The notes under the pieces: generated by a model | Told to the model about the DNA's origin: nothing | What the model saw: only the letters and a program-made list of their open reading frames with translations | The model's database searches: none | Source: an uncultured Actinomycetes bacterium | GTDB taxonomy: Bacteria; Actinomycetota; Thermoleophilia; Solirubrobacterales; Solirubrobacteraceae | Assembly (NCBI GenBank): GCA_963730835.1 | Contig: CAVSTE010000005.1 | Coordinates: 141,522-205,521, forward strand | Reading direction: 5' to 3' | DNA length: 64,000 nt | Shown: one piece after another, positions 21,823 to 31,774 of the stretch | Position numbering within the stretch: the stretch's first letter is position 1 | Layout: every line of letters begins with the position of its first letter | Made by a program: the position numbers and the translations under genes

Positions 21823-22658
21823 TGCCGGAACTGCCGGAGGTAGAGACGATCCGCCGCCAGCTGGCCCCCCATCTGGAGGGCAGGCGGATCGAGCGCCTCC
21901 AGATTCTCGATCCTCGCTGGACGCTTCCCGACGCGGCGCCGCGTGTTGAAGCGGAGCTTCGCGGGGCCCTGATCGAGCGCCTGGCGCGGCGGGGCAAATA
22001 CCTATGCTGGGTGCTGTCCGCCGACCGCCACCTCTTGATGCATCTGAGGATGACCGGCGTGTTGCTGCTGGATCCCCCCGCGGAACCGCTCCATGTGCGC
22101 GTGCGCTTCTGGCTCGATGACAGCCGGCAGCTCGTGTACGTAGACCCCCGGCGTTTCGGTACCGGTCACCTGCTCGATGGCCTGGCCGGCCGGGATGCTT
22201 ACCTCGCGGCGCGGCTGGGGGCGGAGCCGTTGACGCCAGCGTTCACCACCGAGCACCTGTTCCACTCGACGCGTGGCCGCCGCGCGCCGATCAAGGCCTT
22301 TCTGCTCGATCAGCGCCGCGTCGCCGGGGTGGGCAACATCTACGCCGACGAGGCACTGTTTCGTGCCGGGATCCACCCGCTGAGGCCGGCGGGGCGGCTG
22401 ACGCGGGCCCAGATCGATCGGCTGCGCTCAGCGGTCGAGGAGTCGTTGGAGGCCGGCATCGCTGCGAAAGGGGCGTCGATCGACGACTTCCAGCACATCG
22501 ATGGCGCGCGCGGCTCGTTCCAGGACCGCTTCCTGATCCACCGTCGCGCGGGCGAGCAGTGCCCCAAATGCGGCGCCACGGTACGCAAGATCGTGGTCGG
22601 TGGCCGCGGGACGTACGTCTGCGAGCGATGCCAGCGGCGGCCCCGACTGAATGTCTGA
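21822..22658 (+). CDS. mutM: Formamidopyrimidine-DNA glycosylase
   Basis: MPELPEVE, HLRMTG, GVGNIYADEALF, C-terminal zinc finger. Confidence 0.96.
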   Translation: MPELPEVETIRRQLAPHLEGRRIERLQILDPRWTLPDAAPRVEAELRGALIERLARRGKYLCWVLSADRHLLMHLRMTGVLLLDPPAEPLHVRVRFWLDDSRQLVYVDPRRFGTGHLLDGLAGRDAYLAARLGAEPLTPAFTTEHLFHSTRGRRAPIKAFLLDQRRVAGVGNIYADEALFRAGIHPLRPAGRLTRAQIDRLRSAVEESLEAGIAAKGASIDDFQHIDGARGSFQDRFLIHRRAGEQCPKCGATVRKIVVGGRGTYVCERCQRRPRLNV

Positions 22659-22671
22659 GCCTAGCGGCGGC

Positions 22672-22929
22672 TCAGGCGGCCGCCGTCAGCGCACGCAGGC
22701 GGCCCGCCCGGTCCGCATCCAGGAGCTCGCGGAAGCCGCCCACGACCTGATCCCCGACCACGATTTGCGGGAACGTGACCATTCCGGTTCGCTGCTGGAG
22801 CTCGGCGCGGCCGTCCGGATCGCGTGTCAGATTGATCTCTTGGTATTCGATCCCGCGCCGACTGAGAAGCGTCTTGGCGCTCGCGCAGAGAGAGCAGTGC
22901 TCCGTCGTGTACACGGTCACAGTCTTCAT
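22672..22929 (-). CDS. Glutaredoxin
   Basis: MKTVTVYTTEHCSLC, TFPQI..GG; ATG at 22929. Confidence 0.88.
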   Translation of the reverse strand: MKTVTVYTTEHCSLCASAKTLLSRRGIEYQEINLTRDPDGRAELQQRTGMVTFPQIVVGDQVVGGFRELLDADRAGRLRALTAAA

Positions 22930-23004
22930 TGCTTCACAAAGTATAGCGCCTCTGTTGGCGCCCTCGCTGTCTGTAGCTGCCCAGAAACGACGCTGGAGTA
23001 GCGG

Positions 23005-23766
23005 GTGGCCGGACCGCTGAAGACGGAGGCGATCGTGCTGCGCTCGATCCGCTACGGCGAGGCCGACCGCATCCTTCACCTCTATACCCCGCAGCGCGGA
23101 CGCATCAGCGCCATAGCCAAGGGCGCCAGGCGCTCCCGCAGTCGCTTCGGCGCGCGTCTGGAGCCCTTCTTTCACATCCGCGCCGTTCTGCACGAGGGAC
23201 GCAGCGAGCTGGCCACGGTGACCGGCGCCGACACGGTGGCTGTGTTCGCTCAGCTCCGAGACCGCGCCGAGACGCTCGATGCCGCTGCCCGAGCCTGCGA
23301 CGCCGTCGGTCGCCTGTTCGAGACTCCCGAGCCTCACCCCGAGGTGTTCCGGCTGCTCGTCAACGAGCTGGCGCTCCTCAACAGCGCTCGCGGCGCGGCC
23401 AGGCCGGAGAACGGTCTCGCCTTCCGGCTCAAGCTCCTGCTCGCGGCGGGCGTGGTGCCCCATCTCGGTGCCTGCGCCGCGTGCGGCTCGCGCGAGCGCT
23501 TGAACGGCTTTTCGGCGGCCGCCGGCGGAGTCGTGTGCGGCGGCTGCGAGGGAACGGCCTTTCCGCTCGACGAGGAGTCCTACGGGTTTCTGGTGGCAGC
23601 CCTGGGCGCACCGCTGGCGAACGCTCCGGAGGCGTCCGAGCGGGCGCTGCGCCAGGCCGAGCGAGCGATCTCCGAGACCGCCGAGTATCACGCCCACGTG
23701 CGTCTGCGGCCGCTGCTCGGCTCACGGCGCGCCCAGGCCGATGTCAAAATCGGTCGAGATGGCTGA
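23005..23766 (+). CDS. recO: DNA repair protein RecO
   Basis: EAIVLR..YGEADRI, AIAKGARR, CAAC..CGGC zinc finger. Confidence 0.93.
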   Translation: MAGPLKTEAIVLRSIRYGEADRILHLYTPQRGRISAIAKGARRSRSRFGARLEPFFHIRAVLHEGRSELATVTGADTVAVFAQLRDRAETLDAAARACDAVGRLFETPEPHPEVFRLLVNELALLNSARGAARPENGLAFRLKLLLAAGVVPHLGACAACGSRERLNGFSAAAGGVVCGGCEGTAFPLDEESYGFLVAALGAPLANAPEASERALRQAERAISETAEYHAHVRLRPLLGSRRAQADVKIGRDG

Positions 23767-24814
23767 CTCCGCCCTGCAGTCGGTATACGAGCATCCCCGG
23801 GGGCCGGTGGCTGACCGCTTCGCACAGATGATCCGTAACCGCGAGGAGGCAGAGCTTTCGTCGCGCGCCACGCGTTCCTATCCCGCCAGGCGGGCGCGGC
23901 CGGAGCCCGACTGCGGCCTGCGTACGCCATTTCAGCGCGACCGCGACCGGATTGTCCACTGCAAGGCGTTCAGACGGCTGAAGCACAAAACGCAGGTGTT
24001 CGTCGCTCCGGCTGGGGACCATTACCGCACGCGGCTGACGCACACGCTGGAGGTCACGCAGGTCTCGCGCACGATCGCCCGCGCCCTACGGCTGAACGAG
24101 GACCTGGCCGAGGCCATCGGCCTGGGACACGATCTCGGCCACCCGCCATTCGGTCACATCGGCGAGGAGGCCCTTGACCGCTGCCGGCGGGAGCACTTCG
24201 GGGCGTCGTTCAAGCACAACGAGCACTCGCTGCGGGTGGTGGAGGTACTGGAGCGGGATGGGCAAGGGCTGAACCTCACCGACGCGGTGCGCGAGGGAAT
24301 CGTCGGACACTCCTGGCACGCCGCCCCGCCGCCGACGCTCGAGGGCCAAATCGTGCGCTTCGCCGACCGGGTCACGTACATCAACCACGACATTGACGAC
24401 GCGCTGCGAGCGGGGGTGATCGGGCCGGCGCACCTTCCATCCGAGGCGATCGCCGTGCTCGGTGACAGTGGCCCGCGCCGCATCGACGCACTGGTCCATG
24501 ACCTCGTCGAGCACTCCCAGGCGGCGGGGGAAATCGCCCAGGGAGACGCGGTCGGCCAGGCGATGTCGGAGCTGCGCGAGTTCATGTTCAAACGCGTCTA
24601 CCTCGGAGCCCAGGCTAGGCGCGAACACGCCAAGATCGAGCTCGTCGTTCGTTCCTTGTTCGAGCACTACGGTCAGCACCCGCGCGAGATTCCAGACTCA
24701 ATCCCCGACGGCGACCCCGGCGAGCGCGTGACGGACTATCTGGCAGGCATGACCGACCGCTTCTGTATCGCGACGTTCCAGGCGCTGAACGTGCCGGCCG
24801 CCTTCGCGCCGTGA
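23741..24814 (+). CDS. dgt: Deoxyguanosinetriphosphate triphosphohydrolase-like HD protein
   Basis: FQRDRDRI..FRRLKHKTQVF, RTRLTHTLEV, HDLGHPPFGH, DYLAGMTD; exact start uncertain. Confidence 0.92.
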   Translation: MSKSVEMADSALQSVYEHPRGPVADRFAQMIRNREEAELSSRATRSYPARRARPEPDCGLRTPFQRDRDRIVHCKAFRRLKHKTQVFVAPAGDHYRTRLTHTLEVTQVSRTIARALRLNEDLAEAIGLGHDLGHPPFGHIGEEALDRCRREHFGASFKHNEHSLRVVEVLERDGQGLNLTDAVREGIVGHSWHAAPPPTLEGQIVRFADRVTYINHDIDDALRAGVIGPAHLPSEAIAVLGDSGPRRIDALVHDLVEHSQAAGEIAQGDAVGQAMSELREFMFKRVYLGAQARREHAKIELVVRSLFEHYGQHPREIPDSIPDGDPGERVTDYLAGMTDRFCIATFQALNVPAAFAP

Positions 24815-24845
24815 AGCCGCCCGGGGCAAGGAGACGCAGCCGGCC

Positions 24846-26624
24846 GTGACGCGTTACACCGCCGACTCGCGTGACCGCGTTCGCGACGCGGTGGACATGG
24901 TCGCGCTCGTTTCCGAGAAGACGGAGCTTCGGCGGGCCGGTGCCAACGAGTACGTCGGCCTATGCCCGTTTCACGATGAGCGCACCCCGTCGTTCGGCGT
25001 CAACCCGCTCGACAAGGTCTACCACTGCTTCGGCTGCCAGGCCTCGGGCGATCTGTTCACGTTCGTGATGGAGACCGAGGGCCTGGAGTTCACGGCGGCA
25101 CTCGAAGCGCTGGCCGACCGCTTCGGGGTCCAGCTGGAGACCGAGAGCGAGGATCCGCGGGCCGCCCAGCGACGTGAACGGCGCGAGCGCCTGCACGCGT
25201 TGCTGGGCCGGGCCGCCGCCTATTACGGACGCTATCTGTGGGAGGCGAACGAGGCCGCCGCGGCGCGCGAGTACCTGCTTGGCCGCGGCTTTGATCGCCA
25301 GACTCTGTCCGCGTTCCGGGTCGGCTATGCACCCAGCGCCTGGGACCGGATGCTGAGCGCCTCGCGCAGCGCCGGCTTCAGCGAGGAGGACCTGCTCGGC
25401 GCCGGACTCGCCCAGCGCTCGCGGGCGCGGCCGGGGGGCGTGTACGACCGCTTCCGGGAGCGGATCACATTCCCGACGAGCGACGAGCGCGGCAGGGTGA
25501 TCGGCTTCGGCGCGCGCGCGATGCGTGAAAACCAAATGCCCAAGTACCTCAACAGCGCCGAGAGCGAGCTCTACCAGAAGCGCCGCGTGCTCTACGCGAT
25601 CGACCTGGCGCTGCGCTCCGGAGCCACCCGGGCCGGGCGGATGATCCTCGTCGAGGGCTACACGGATGTGCTCGCACTGCACCAGGCTGGGATCCGCAAC
25701 GCGGTCGGGATCATGGGGACGTCGCTGACCGAGGAGCAGATCGCCGCCCTCGCGCGGAGGGTGCAAGTGCTGGAGCTGTGCCTCGACGCCGACAGCGCGG
25801 GCCAGGCCGCGATGCTCCGGGCGGCGGAGGTGGCGGCAGGACACAAGCTCGAGCTGCGTGTCGTACCGCTGCCCGCCGGGACCGACCCGGCCGAGCTGAT
25901 CCCGAGCGAGGGGGCCGATGGTCTGCGCGCGCGCGTCGAGGCCTCGGTCCCGTTCGCGGCGTTCCATGTCGAGCGGATCCTCGAGCAGGCCGACCTGCGT
26001 AGCGCCGAGGGACGCGACCGAGCCCTCGCGCAGCTCGCGCCGGTGCTCGGCGGATTGTCGGCGAGCGCCCTTCGCGACGACCTCGTGCGCCGAATCGCGG
26101 GGCGGCTCGAGCTGCCAGACACATCGCTGTCCACGCTCGTCCCGCGTCGGCCGTCTGCTCCTGGTTCCGCGAAGCGGAACCCCGACGTGTCAGGGCCGGC
26201 ACGGCTTCCTTTCGCGGATCAGGGCTTTCGCGCCGAGCGGACGTTCCTGGCGATGTGTATCGCCTTGCCCGAGGCGGGGCGCGCGGCGCTCGCCGCGATC
26301 GTGCCAGAGGAGCACCTGATGAGCGAGCAGATGCGCCGGGCCGCGAGGCACATCGCGACGCGGACTGACTCGCCGCTGGCCGACCTTCCGCACGACGAGA
26401 ATGGTCTGGCGCGGACGGTGGCCGACCTCGTCGCCCGGGCGGGCCGCACCCCCGACGTCTCGGAGACTCGGCTCGAGCACGCCCGGCTCGTGCTCGAACG
26501 GAATCGCGTCGACCGGGCGATCCTCAGGGCGCGGGCGACGGGGGAGGGGGACGTGGGTGCTCTGGCCCGCGAGCGGGAGGGGGTGCTCGAGGCGATCCGG
26601 AGGGTGGTGGGGGAGTTGGCCTAG
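24846..26624 (+). CDS. dnaG: DNA primase
   Basis: CPFHDERTPSF..HCFGC, PKYLNS, VEGYTD, DADSAG. Confidence 0.97.
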   Translation: MTRYTADSRDRVRDAVDMVALVSEKTELRRAGANEYVGLCPFHDERTPSFGVNPLDKVYHCFGCQASGDLFTFVMETEGLEFTAALEALADRFGVQLETESEDPRAAQRRERRERLHALLGRAAAYYGRYLWEANEAAAAREYLLGRGFDRQTLSAFRVGYAPSAWDRMLSASRSAGFSEEDLLGAGLAQRSRARPGGVYDRFRERITFPTSDERGRVIGFGARAMRENQMPKYLNSAESELYQKRRVLYAIDLALRSGATRAGRMILVEGYTDVLALHQAGIRNAVGIMGTSLTEEQIAALARRVQVLELCLDADSAGQAAMLRAAEVAAGHKLELRVVPLPAGTDPAELIPSEGADGLRARVEASVPFAAFHVERILEQADLRSAEGRDRALAQLAPVLGGLSASALRDDLVRRIAGRLELPDTSLSTLVPRRPSAPGSAKRNPDVSGPARLPFADQGFRAERTFLAMCIALPEAGRAALAAIVPEEHLMSEQMRRAARHIATRTDSPLADLPHDENGLARTVADLVARAGRTPDVSETRLEHARLVLERNRVDRAILRARATGEGDVGALAREREGVLEAIRRVVGELA

Positions 26625-26741
26625 AGCTGCTCAGCTATCTAGCGTGCGCTGTGATCGCTCTCGACGGCGATGCAGGCTGGCCTACGGACTGAGCGGGTCG
26701 ATCCCCTGCGGAAACGGCCATCTTTCCGCCGCGGCGTATGG

Positions 26742-26753
26742 GAACATACGTTC
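26742..26753. promoter_or_regulatory. Putative LexA (SOS) box GAAC-N4-GTTC
   Basis: GGAACATACGTTCG directly upstream of SD GGAGGAG (26754-26760). Confidence 0.65.
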
Positions 26754-26767
26754 GGAGGAGATTGACG

Positions 26768-27463
26768 GTGGAAAAGCAATCACTTGTCGAACTACTCGGC
26801 CAAGGGCTCAGCATCGAGAAGATCGGAAAGCGATACGGGAAGCATCCATCGACGATCTGGTATTGGATGCAGAGGTACGGCCTCGAGGCGCCAAATCGAC
26901 GCAAGCATGGAGCCAGGGGCGGAGTCGAACGGGACCTGCTTGAGCGGCTGGTTGCACAAGGGATGTCGATCGCCGATATCTCAGCGTCGCTCGAACGCAG
27001 CAAAGGAACCGTGCGCTACTGGCTACGGAAGTACGGGCTCAAAACGACAACCGAACGCGAGGCTCGACTCGACGGAATCGTGCGGCCCGCCAGGGCGCTC
27101 GGGCGCCAGGACGTAACGATGGTCTGCAGCCAACACGGTGAGACCGAGTTCGTACTCGAGGGACGGGGTTATTACCGCTGCAAGCTCTGCCGTTCCGAAG
27201 CGGTTGTACGACGACGGCGGAGGATGAAGGCGATCCTGGTCTCTGATGCTGGGGGACGATGTCGCCTGTGCGGATATGACCGGTGCCTTGCCGCGCTCGA
27301 GTTCCACCATCTGGATCCGGCAATGAAGCGCATCCCGCTGAGCTCGCATGGCGTGGCATACGCGCTGAACACCCTCCGTGAGGAAGCGAGCAAATGCATT
27401 CTCCTGTGCGCGAACTGTCATGCTGAAATCGAGCACGGTTTGGAGACGCTGCCGCTAGAGTAG
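26768..27463 (+). CDS. Double-HTH, Zn-ribbon, HNH endonuclease-like protein
   Basis: Two HTH repeats (..GLSIEKIG..STIWYWMQRYGL and ..GMSIADIS..GTVRYWLRKYGL); CSQH..CKLC; CRLC..EFHHLDP..LCANCH; SD 7 nt before the GTG. Confidence 0.8.
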   Translation: MEKQSLVELLGQGLSIEKIGKRYGKHPSTIWYWMQRYGLEAPNRRKHGARGGVERDLLERLVAQGMSIADISASLERSKGTVRYWLRKYGLKTTTEREARLDGIVRPARALGRQDVTMVCSQHGETEFVLEGRGYYRCKLCRSEAVVRRRRRMKAILVSDAGGRCRLCGYDRCLAALEFHHLDPAMKRIPLSSHGVAYALNTLREEASKCILLCANCHAEIEHGLETLPLE

Positions 27464-27511
27464 ACGCGCAGCAGGAGGCGAGAGTAAGCGCGGAGCGCCA
27501 ATACACCATAA

Positions 27512-27584
27512 TCTGGGGTAGCTCAATGGGCAGAGCGAACGGCTGTTAACCGTTAGGTTGTGGGTTCGAGTCCCACCCCCAGAG
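27512..27584 (+). tRNA. tRNA-Asn(GTT)
   Basis: Acceptor TCTGGGG/CCCCAGA; anticodon arm AACGG-CTGTTAA-CCGTT; T arm GTGGG-TTCGAGT-CCCAC; no encoded CCA. Confidence 0.97.
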
Positions 27585-27624
27585 CTCTCTACTGACGCAC
27601 GCGATCGCGGTGCGGACAGACACC

Positions 27625-27927
27625 ATGAAACTCTACGTCTGCTATGGAACCTGGAAGCCCGCCCCGCGCCCGGGCGGACATCCCTGCGGGGTCGCCTACC
27701 ACGCGCTGAGGGATGCGGGCCACAGCCCCGAGGTGATCCGCTCCTACGGGCTGGGGATGCTGCCGGGCGCGTTCAACCAGACCGCTGGCCGTCGTGAGGT
27801 CAAGCGCCTGACTGGCAACCATTGGGTTCCGGCTTTGGTCACCGACGACGGCAGCGTGGTTCAGGGCTCTCGCCAGATCGCGGACTGGGCGAGCGAGAAC
27901 CCGGCGTCCGCCACCGCCGCGAGGTAG
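27625..27927 (+). CDS. Glutathione S-transferase N-terminal/thioredoxin-fold small protein
   Basis: MKLYVC..HPC, LTGNHWVPALV..GS..I. Confidence 0.75.
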   Translation: MKLYVCYGTWKPAPRPGGHPCGVAYHALRDAGHSPEVIRSYGLGMLPGAFNQTAGRREVKRLTGNHWVPALVTDDGSVVQGSRQIADWASENPASATAAR

Positions 27928-27929
27928 TA

Positions 27930-28131
27930 ATGGCGGCCAGCGAACTGCGAAGGGCGACGATCGAGCAGCTCCGCGACTGGCGGGATCAACGGCGCTGTCT
28001 GGCGGCCTGTCGAGCTCGGCGACGAGCACGCGGTGATCGATCTGTGCACATGCTCCGGTGAACCGATGGAACGGGTGTACAGCGACGATCCAACGTTGAT
28101 CGCCTACGTGCGCGCGCATCGCGAGGACTGA
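27930..28131 (+). pseudogene. Small hypothetical protein with one extra base near 27984 (frameshift or sequence error)
   Basis: Removing one G gives a continuous 66-aa ORF: MAASELRRATIEQLRDWR-INGAVWRPVELGDEHAVIDLCTCSGEPMERVYSDDPTLIAYVRAHRED. Confidence 0.55.
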
Positions 28132-28168
28132 AGTAAGCGCACGGCCAGCGGGTCTGGGCAGCGCCCAC

Positions 28169-29383
28169 TCAACCAGCGGCCAGGCGCTCAAGGAGATCGG
28201 CGGCTCGCGATGCGCCGTCGTTCTCGTCCGCCCAGCGCTGGATCGCCGCTGCCCTGGTCCACAGCGAAGGAGTCGACAGCGCACGTCGCAGAGCAAACCT
28301 GAGCGTGGACGGCGACAGGAACCGCCACGGCAGCCGCAGCCCGGCCCCGGCCCATTGGGCGCGCGCCGCATTTTCGGCCATGTCGCCGGAATGCGGCACA
28401 GCCAGGACCGGACAGCCCGACATCAACGCCCGAACCAAGGTCCCGTGGCCAGCGTGCGTGATTACGAGCGAGGAGCGTGGCATGGTGCGCGAATACGAGA
28501 CCCAGTCGACGACTCGGGCGTTGGATGGCACATTGCTCTGCAGCTGCGGCGCGCGACCGCCGTTCTCCCCGGACCCCTCCGCCGGCGGCCGATTGGTCGC
28601 CGCCAGCACGCGCACTGGCTCTCGTGCGAGGCCTTCGAGCGCCGCGTACAGCAGTGTCTGCTCGGAGTCCTGCGCAGTCGAGGGTGCGACGAGGATCAAC
28701 GGCTCATTCCCGAGCGGGGGCGCCACCTCGTGATAGGGCGGCTCCCAAACGAGCGGACCCACGACGTGCGTGGTCGCCGGCCAGCGCCGTGGATACTCCA
28801 GCTGGGGCAGCGTGGCCACCAGCGTCAGCTTGTCGCTGATCGATCCGTAGAGCCGATCGAGTGGGCGCAAGCCCAGCCGCCGGCGCGTCTCGTTCAGCTC
28901 GGCCCGGCCGCGGCGGAGTCCATGCTCGGTCAGGCCTTCGAGCATGCCCCACCCCAGCCGGCCTAGCGGCGTCTGAGGCAGCCTTGCCCCCAGCGCATAC
29001 GGGGGCGCTCCCGGCAGCGGCCCCGGGTAGACATGCGGGATCAGCGTCGCCACTGGGAGACCCTCCAGCTCGCCCGCCAGCGCCGGCGCCAGCGTCAGGA
29101 TGTCGTGCACGACGAGTTCCGCCGCGGCCTCGGTGATCGCCTCGCGCGTCTGCGGCGTGGCGCGCAGCACGGCCTGGTAGGGCTTGACGGGGTGCTCGGC
29201 GGTTGGGAAGACCTGATACTCGGGCGCGTCGACGAACCGCATGCCGGCCTGCTCGACAACGGTGCCCCAGCGCTTCCAGGTCTCGAACGTCACCTCGTGG
29301 CCGCGCTCGACCAGGCGCTCGCCGAGCGCCAGCATCGGGAATGCGTGTCCCGCGTCGCCGAACGCCCCGAGAAAGATCTTCAA
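28169..29383 (-). CDS. GT1/MGT-family glycosyltransferase
   Basis: GDAGHAFPMLALG, VITHAGHGT, GCPVLAVP; TTG start overlaps the upstream stop. Confidence 0.88.
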   Translation of the reverse strand: MKIFLGAFGDAGHAFPMLALGERLVERGHEVTFETWKRWGTVVEQAGMRFVDAPEYQVFPTAEHPVKPYQAVLRATPQTREAITEAAAELVVHDILTLAPALAGELEGLPVATLIPHVYPGPLPGAPPYALGARLPQTPLGRLGWGMLEGLTEHGLRRGRAELNETRRRLGLRPLDRLYGSISDKLTLVATLPQLEYPRRWPATTHVVGPLVWEPPYHEVAPPLGNEPLILVAPSTAQDSEQTLLYAALEGLAREPVRVLAATNRPPAEGSGENGGRAPQLQSNVPSNARVVDWVSYSRTMPRSSLVITHAGHGTLVRALMSGCPVLAVPHSGDMAENAARAQWAGAGLRLPWRFLSPSTLRFALRRALSTPSLWTRAAAIQRWADENDGASRAADLLERLAAG

Positions 29384-30414
29384 GCCGCGAGCTCTGCCAC
29401 TGCCCGAAGCTGCTCTATCCGATCCTTCATCGTGAACGCCATCGGGGTGATCATCAGCGTCCCGACGCCGGCCTCGCGAAAGGCCGCGATCCGGTGGCGC
29501 ACGACGTCGCGTGGACCGCAGAGCGAAACCAAATCGATCAGCTCGTCCGGAATCGCCGTTCCGGCTTCGGCCTTCTTGCCCTCCAGGTAGAGATCCTGGA
29601 CCTCTTTGGCCGCCTGCTCGAACCCGTAGCGCTGCACGAGCTTGTTGTAGAAGTTCTGCTCGCGGGATCCCATGCCGCCGATATACAGCGCCAGCGCCGG
29701 TCGCATCACGTTGCGAGCCAGCTCGCGGTCCTCCGATACGAACACGTTGATCGTGGGCGCGATGTCGAAGCCGTCCAACGAGCGGCCGGCGCGGGCGGCC
29801 CCCTCCTCGAGCAGCGCTCGCAGCTCCCCGACGTGCTCGGGCGAGAAGAAAGTCGGAATCCAGCCGTCGGCGATCTCGCCGGCCAGCGCGGTGTTCTTGG
29901 GGCCAATCGCCGCCAGGTAGATCGGAATGCGCTCCTGGACCGGAGAGATCATCAGCTTGAGCGGCTTGCCCGGCCCATCGGGAAGCGGCAGCTCGAGCGT
30001 CTGGCCCTGAAACTCCACCCGCTCGCGTGCCAACGCCTTTCGCACCACGGCCACGTACTCCCTGGTTCGCTGCAGCTGGCGGGCGAAGCGCTGGCCGTGC
30101 CACCCCTCGGCCACCTGCGGTCCCGACGAGCCGATCCCCAGCAGCACACGGCCCCCGGACAGCTCATCGATCGTGGCCGCCGTCATGGCGGTCATCGCCG
30201 CGCTGCGGCCGGGCATCTGGAAGATCGCCGAGCCCAGCTTGAGCTTGGTCGTCTGCGCGGCCAGCCACGCCAGCACGGTGGCCGCATCAGACCCGTAGGC
30301 CTCGGCCGCCCAGACGGAGTCGTAACCCAGCCGCTCGGCTTCCTGTACGACCTGGAGCTGGTCCTGGGGGCCCATGCCCAGACCCCAGTAGCCGACATGC
30401 ACGCCCAGCTTCAT
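29380..30414 (-). CDS. LLM class F420-dependent oxidoreductase
   Basis: MKLGVHVGYWG, VWAAEAYGSDA, GPQVAEGWHG, YIGGMG. Confidence 0.9.
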   Translation of the reverse strand: MKLGVHVGYWGLGMGPQDQLQVVQEAERLGYDSVWAAEAYGSDAATVLAWLAAQTTKLKLGSAIFQMPGRSAAMTAMTAATIDELSGGRVLLGIGSSGPQVAEGWHGQRFARQLQRTREYVAVVRKALARERVEFQGQTLELPLPDGPGKPLKLMISPVQERIPIYLAAIGPKNTALAGEIADGWIPTFFSPEHVGELRALLEEGAARAGRSLDGFDIAPTINVFVSEDRELARNVMRPALALYIGGMGSREQNFYNKLVQRYGFEQAAKEVQDLYLEGKKAEAGTAIPDELIDLVSLCGPRDVVRHRIAAFREAGVGTLMITPMAFTMKDRIEQLRAVAELAA

Positions 30415-30507
30415 CTGCAATGTTCCTTTCGTCTGAAGGACTGGCTTGTCGCCGCCGGAGAGCGCGACTAGAGTGCCGCCGGCCCTTTGTCAACGGGCGC
30501 GAACCCT

Positions 30508-30987
30508 ATGCGACGGCGGCGCAGAGCGACGATCAGCGAGCTGCGAGCGACGGTGGAGTGCCTGCCGCGCAGGACCCGCCTCGCGATGCTGGAGGGCATC
30601 CGTCGGAACGAGATCATCGTCGGCGCGTACTCGAATGGCAGCGGCATCTGCCCGATGCTCGCCGCCCATCGCGCGGGCGGGCGCACCAGCATGATCTCGT
30701 TCGCCAAGGCCTGGGACCGGTTCGCGTTTCGGAGCGGGCGACGGTGCGCGGCCCGGCGGGCGACCGAACGCGAGCTGCTGGTGCTGCGCTCGCAACTGGA
30801 GGCAAGCCTTATCGACGACGAGGCACCTACCAAGCTGGCACCGGCGATCGCTCAGCATCGCGAACCGATGGACGGCGCACTGGGCCGGGAGCTCCAGGCT
30901 CGCGAGCAAGCACGGTGGGTCCGCGTCCTGCGGCGCCGCAAGCGGGCAGAGGTGCCCGTCGGGCAACGAGTCTCGACGGTGGGCTAG
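30508..30987 (+). CDS. Hypothetical protein
   Basis: Fills the intergenic space with coding-like codon usage; IIVGAY..GICPMLAAHR. Confidence 0.65.
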   Translation: MRRRRRATISELRATVECLPRRTRLAMLEGIRRNEIIVGAYSNGSGICPMLAAHRAGGRTSMISFAKAWDRFAFRSGRRCAARRATERELLVLRSQLEASLIDDEAPTKLAPAIAQHREPMDGALGRELQAREQARWVRVLRRRKRAEVPVGQRVSTVG

Positions 30988-31718
30988 AGCTGCTCGCCGG
31001 GGCGCTGGAAGACGATCTCGGGGATCACGCAGGCCGGCGAAACGCGGAGCAGCATCCTGACCGCCTCGGCGACATCCGCAGGGCGGATCATGTCCTCCGC
31101 CGCCACCGACTGCTTGACGAAATCGGTCATGGCTGTGTCGACGAAGCCTGGGCACAGGGCACACGACTTGACGCCGGCGCCGTTCAGCTCCTTGTTCATG
31201 GCCTGCGTGAAGCCCACGACGCCGTGCTTCGTGGCCGAGTACACCGAGAGCCAGGGCTGCCCGGACTTGCCGGCGATCGAAGCGGTGTTCACGACCAGCG
31301 CGTTGCCGTGCTCGGTCCCCGCCGCGCTGAGGAGGTCTGCGCACTCGCGGTAGAACAGCACGATCGAGCGCAGGTTCACCGCCAGCTGCACGTCCAGGTA
31401 CTTCGTCTGAATCTCGCCGACCGCCGCGCCGATCCCCACCCCGGCGTTGTTGACCAGCACGTCCAGGCGACCAAACCGCTCCCGGTGTGAAGACACCACA
31501 CGCTTGACGTTCTCCTCGGAGCCCATGTCGCCGGCCAGGTGCTGCAGGTCGTAACCGCGCTCGCCGAGCTCGGCGGCAGCGGCCTCGAGCTTCTCCGGTC
31601 GCCGGGCCGCGACGGTCAGCCCGAACCCCTCGTCTCCCAGCACCTGGGCGATCGCCAAGCCGATGCCGCTCGACGCCCCGGTCACGATTGCCGCTTTCTG
31701 TGCCAAAGGTCCTCCCAC
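30984..31718 (-). CDS. SDR family oxidoreductase
   Basis: [17 protein letters not shown]. Confidence 0.93.
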   Translation of the reverse strand: MGGPLAQKAAIVTGASSGIGLAIAQVLGDEGFGLTVAARRPEKLEAAAAELGERGYDLQHLAGDMGSEENVKRVVSSHRERFGRLDVLVNNAGVGIGAAVGEIQTKYLDVQLAVNLRSIVLFYRECADLLSAAGTEHGNALVVNTASIAGKSGQPWLSVYSATKHGVVGFTQAMNKELNGAGVKSCALCPGFVDTAMTDFVKQSVAAEDMIRPADVAEAVRMLLRVSPACVIPEIVFQRPGEQL

Positions 31719-31774
31719 TCCTGTGGTCGCTGCCGGTCGGAGGTATCCAATCAGGAACGTGCGAGGATGACGGG

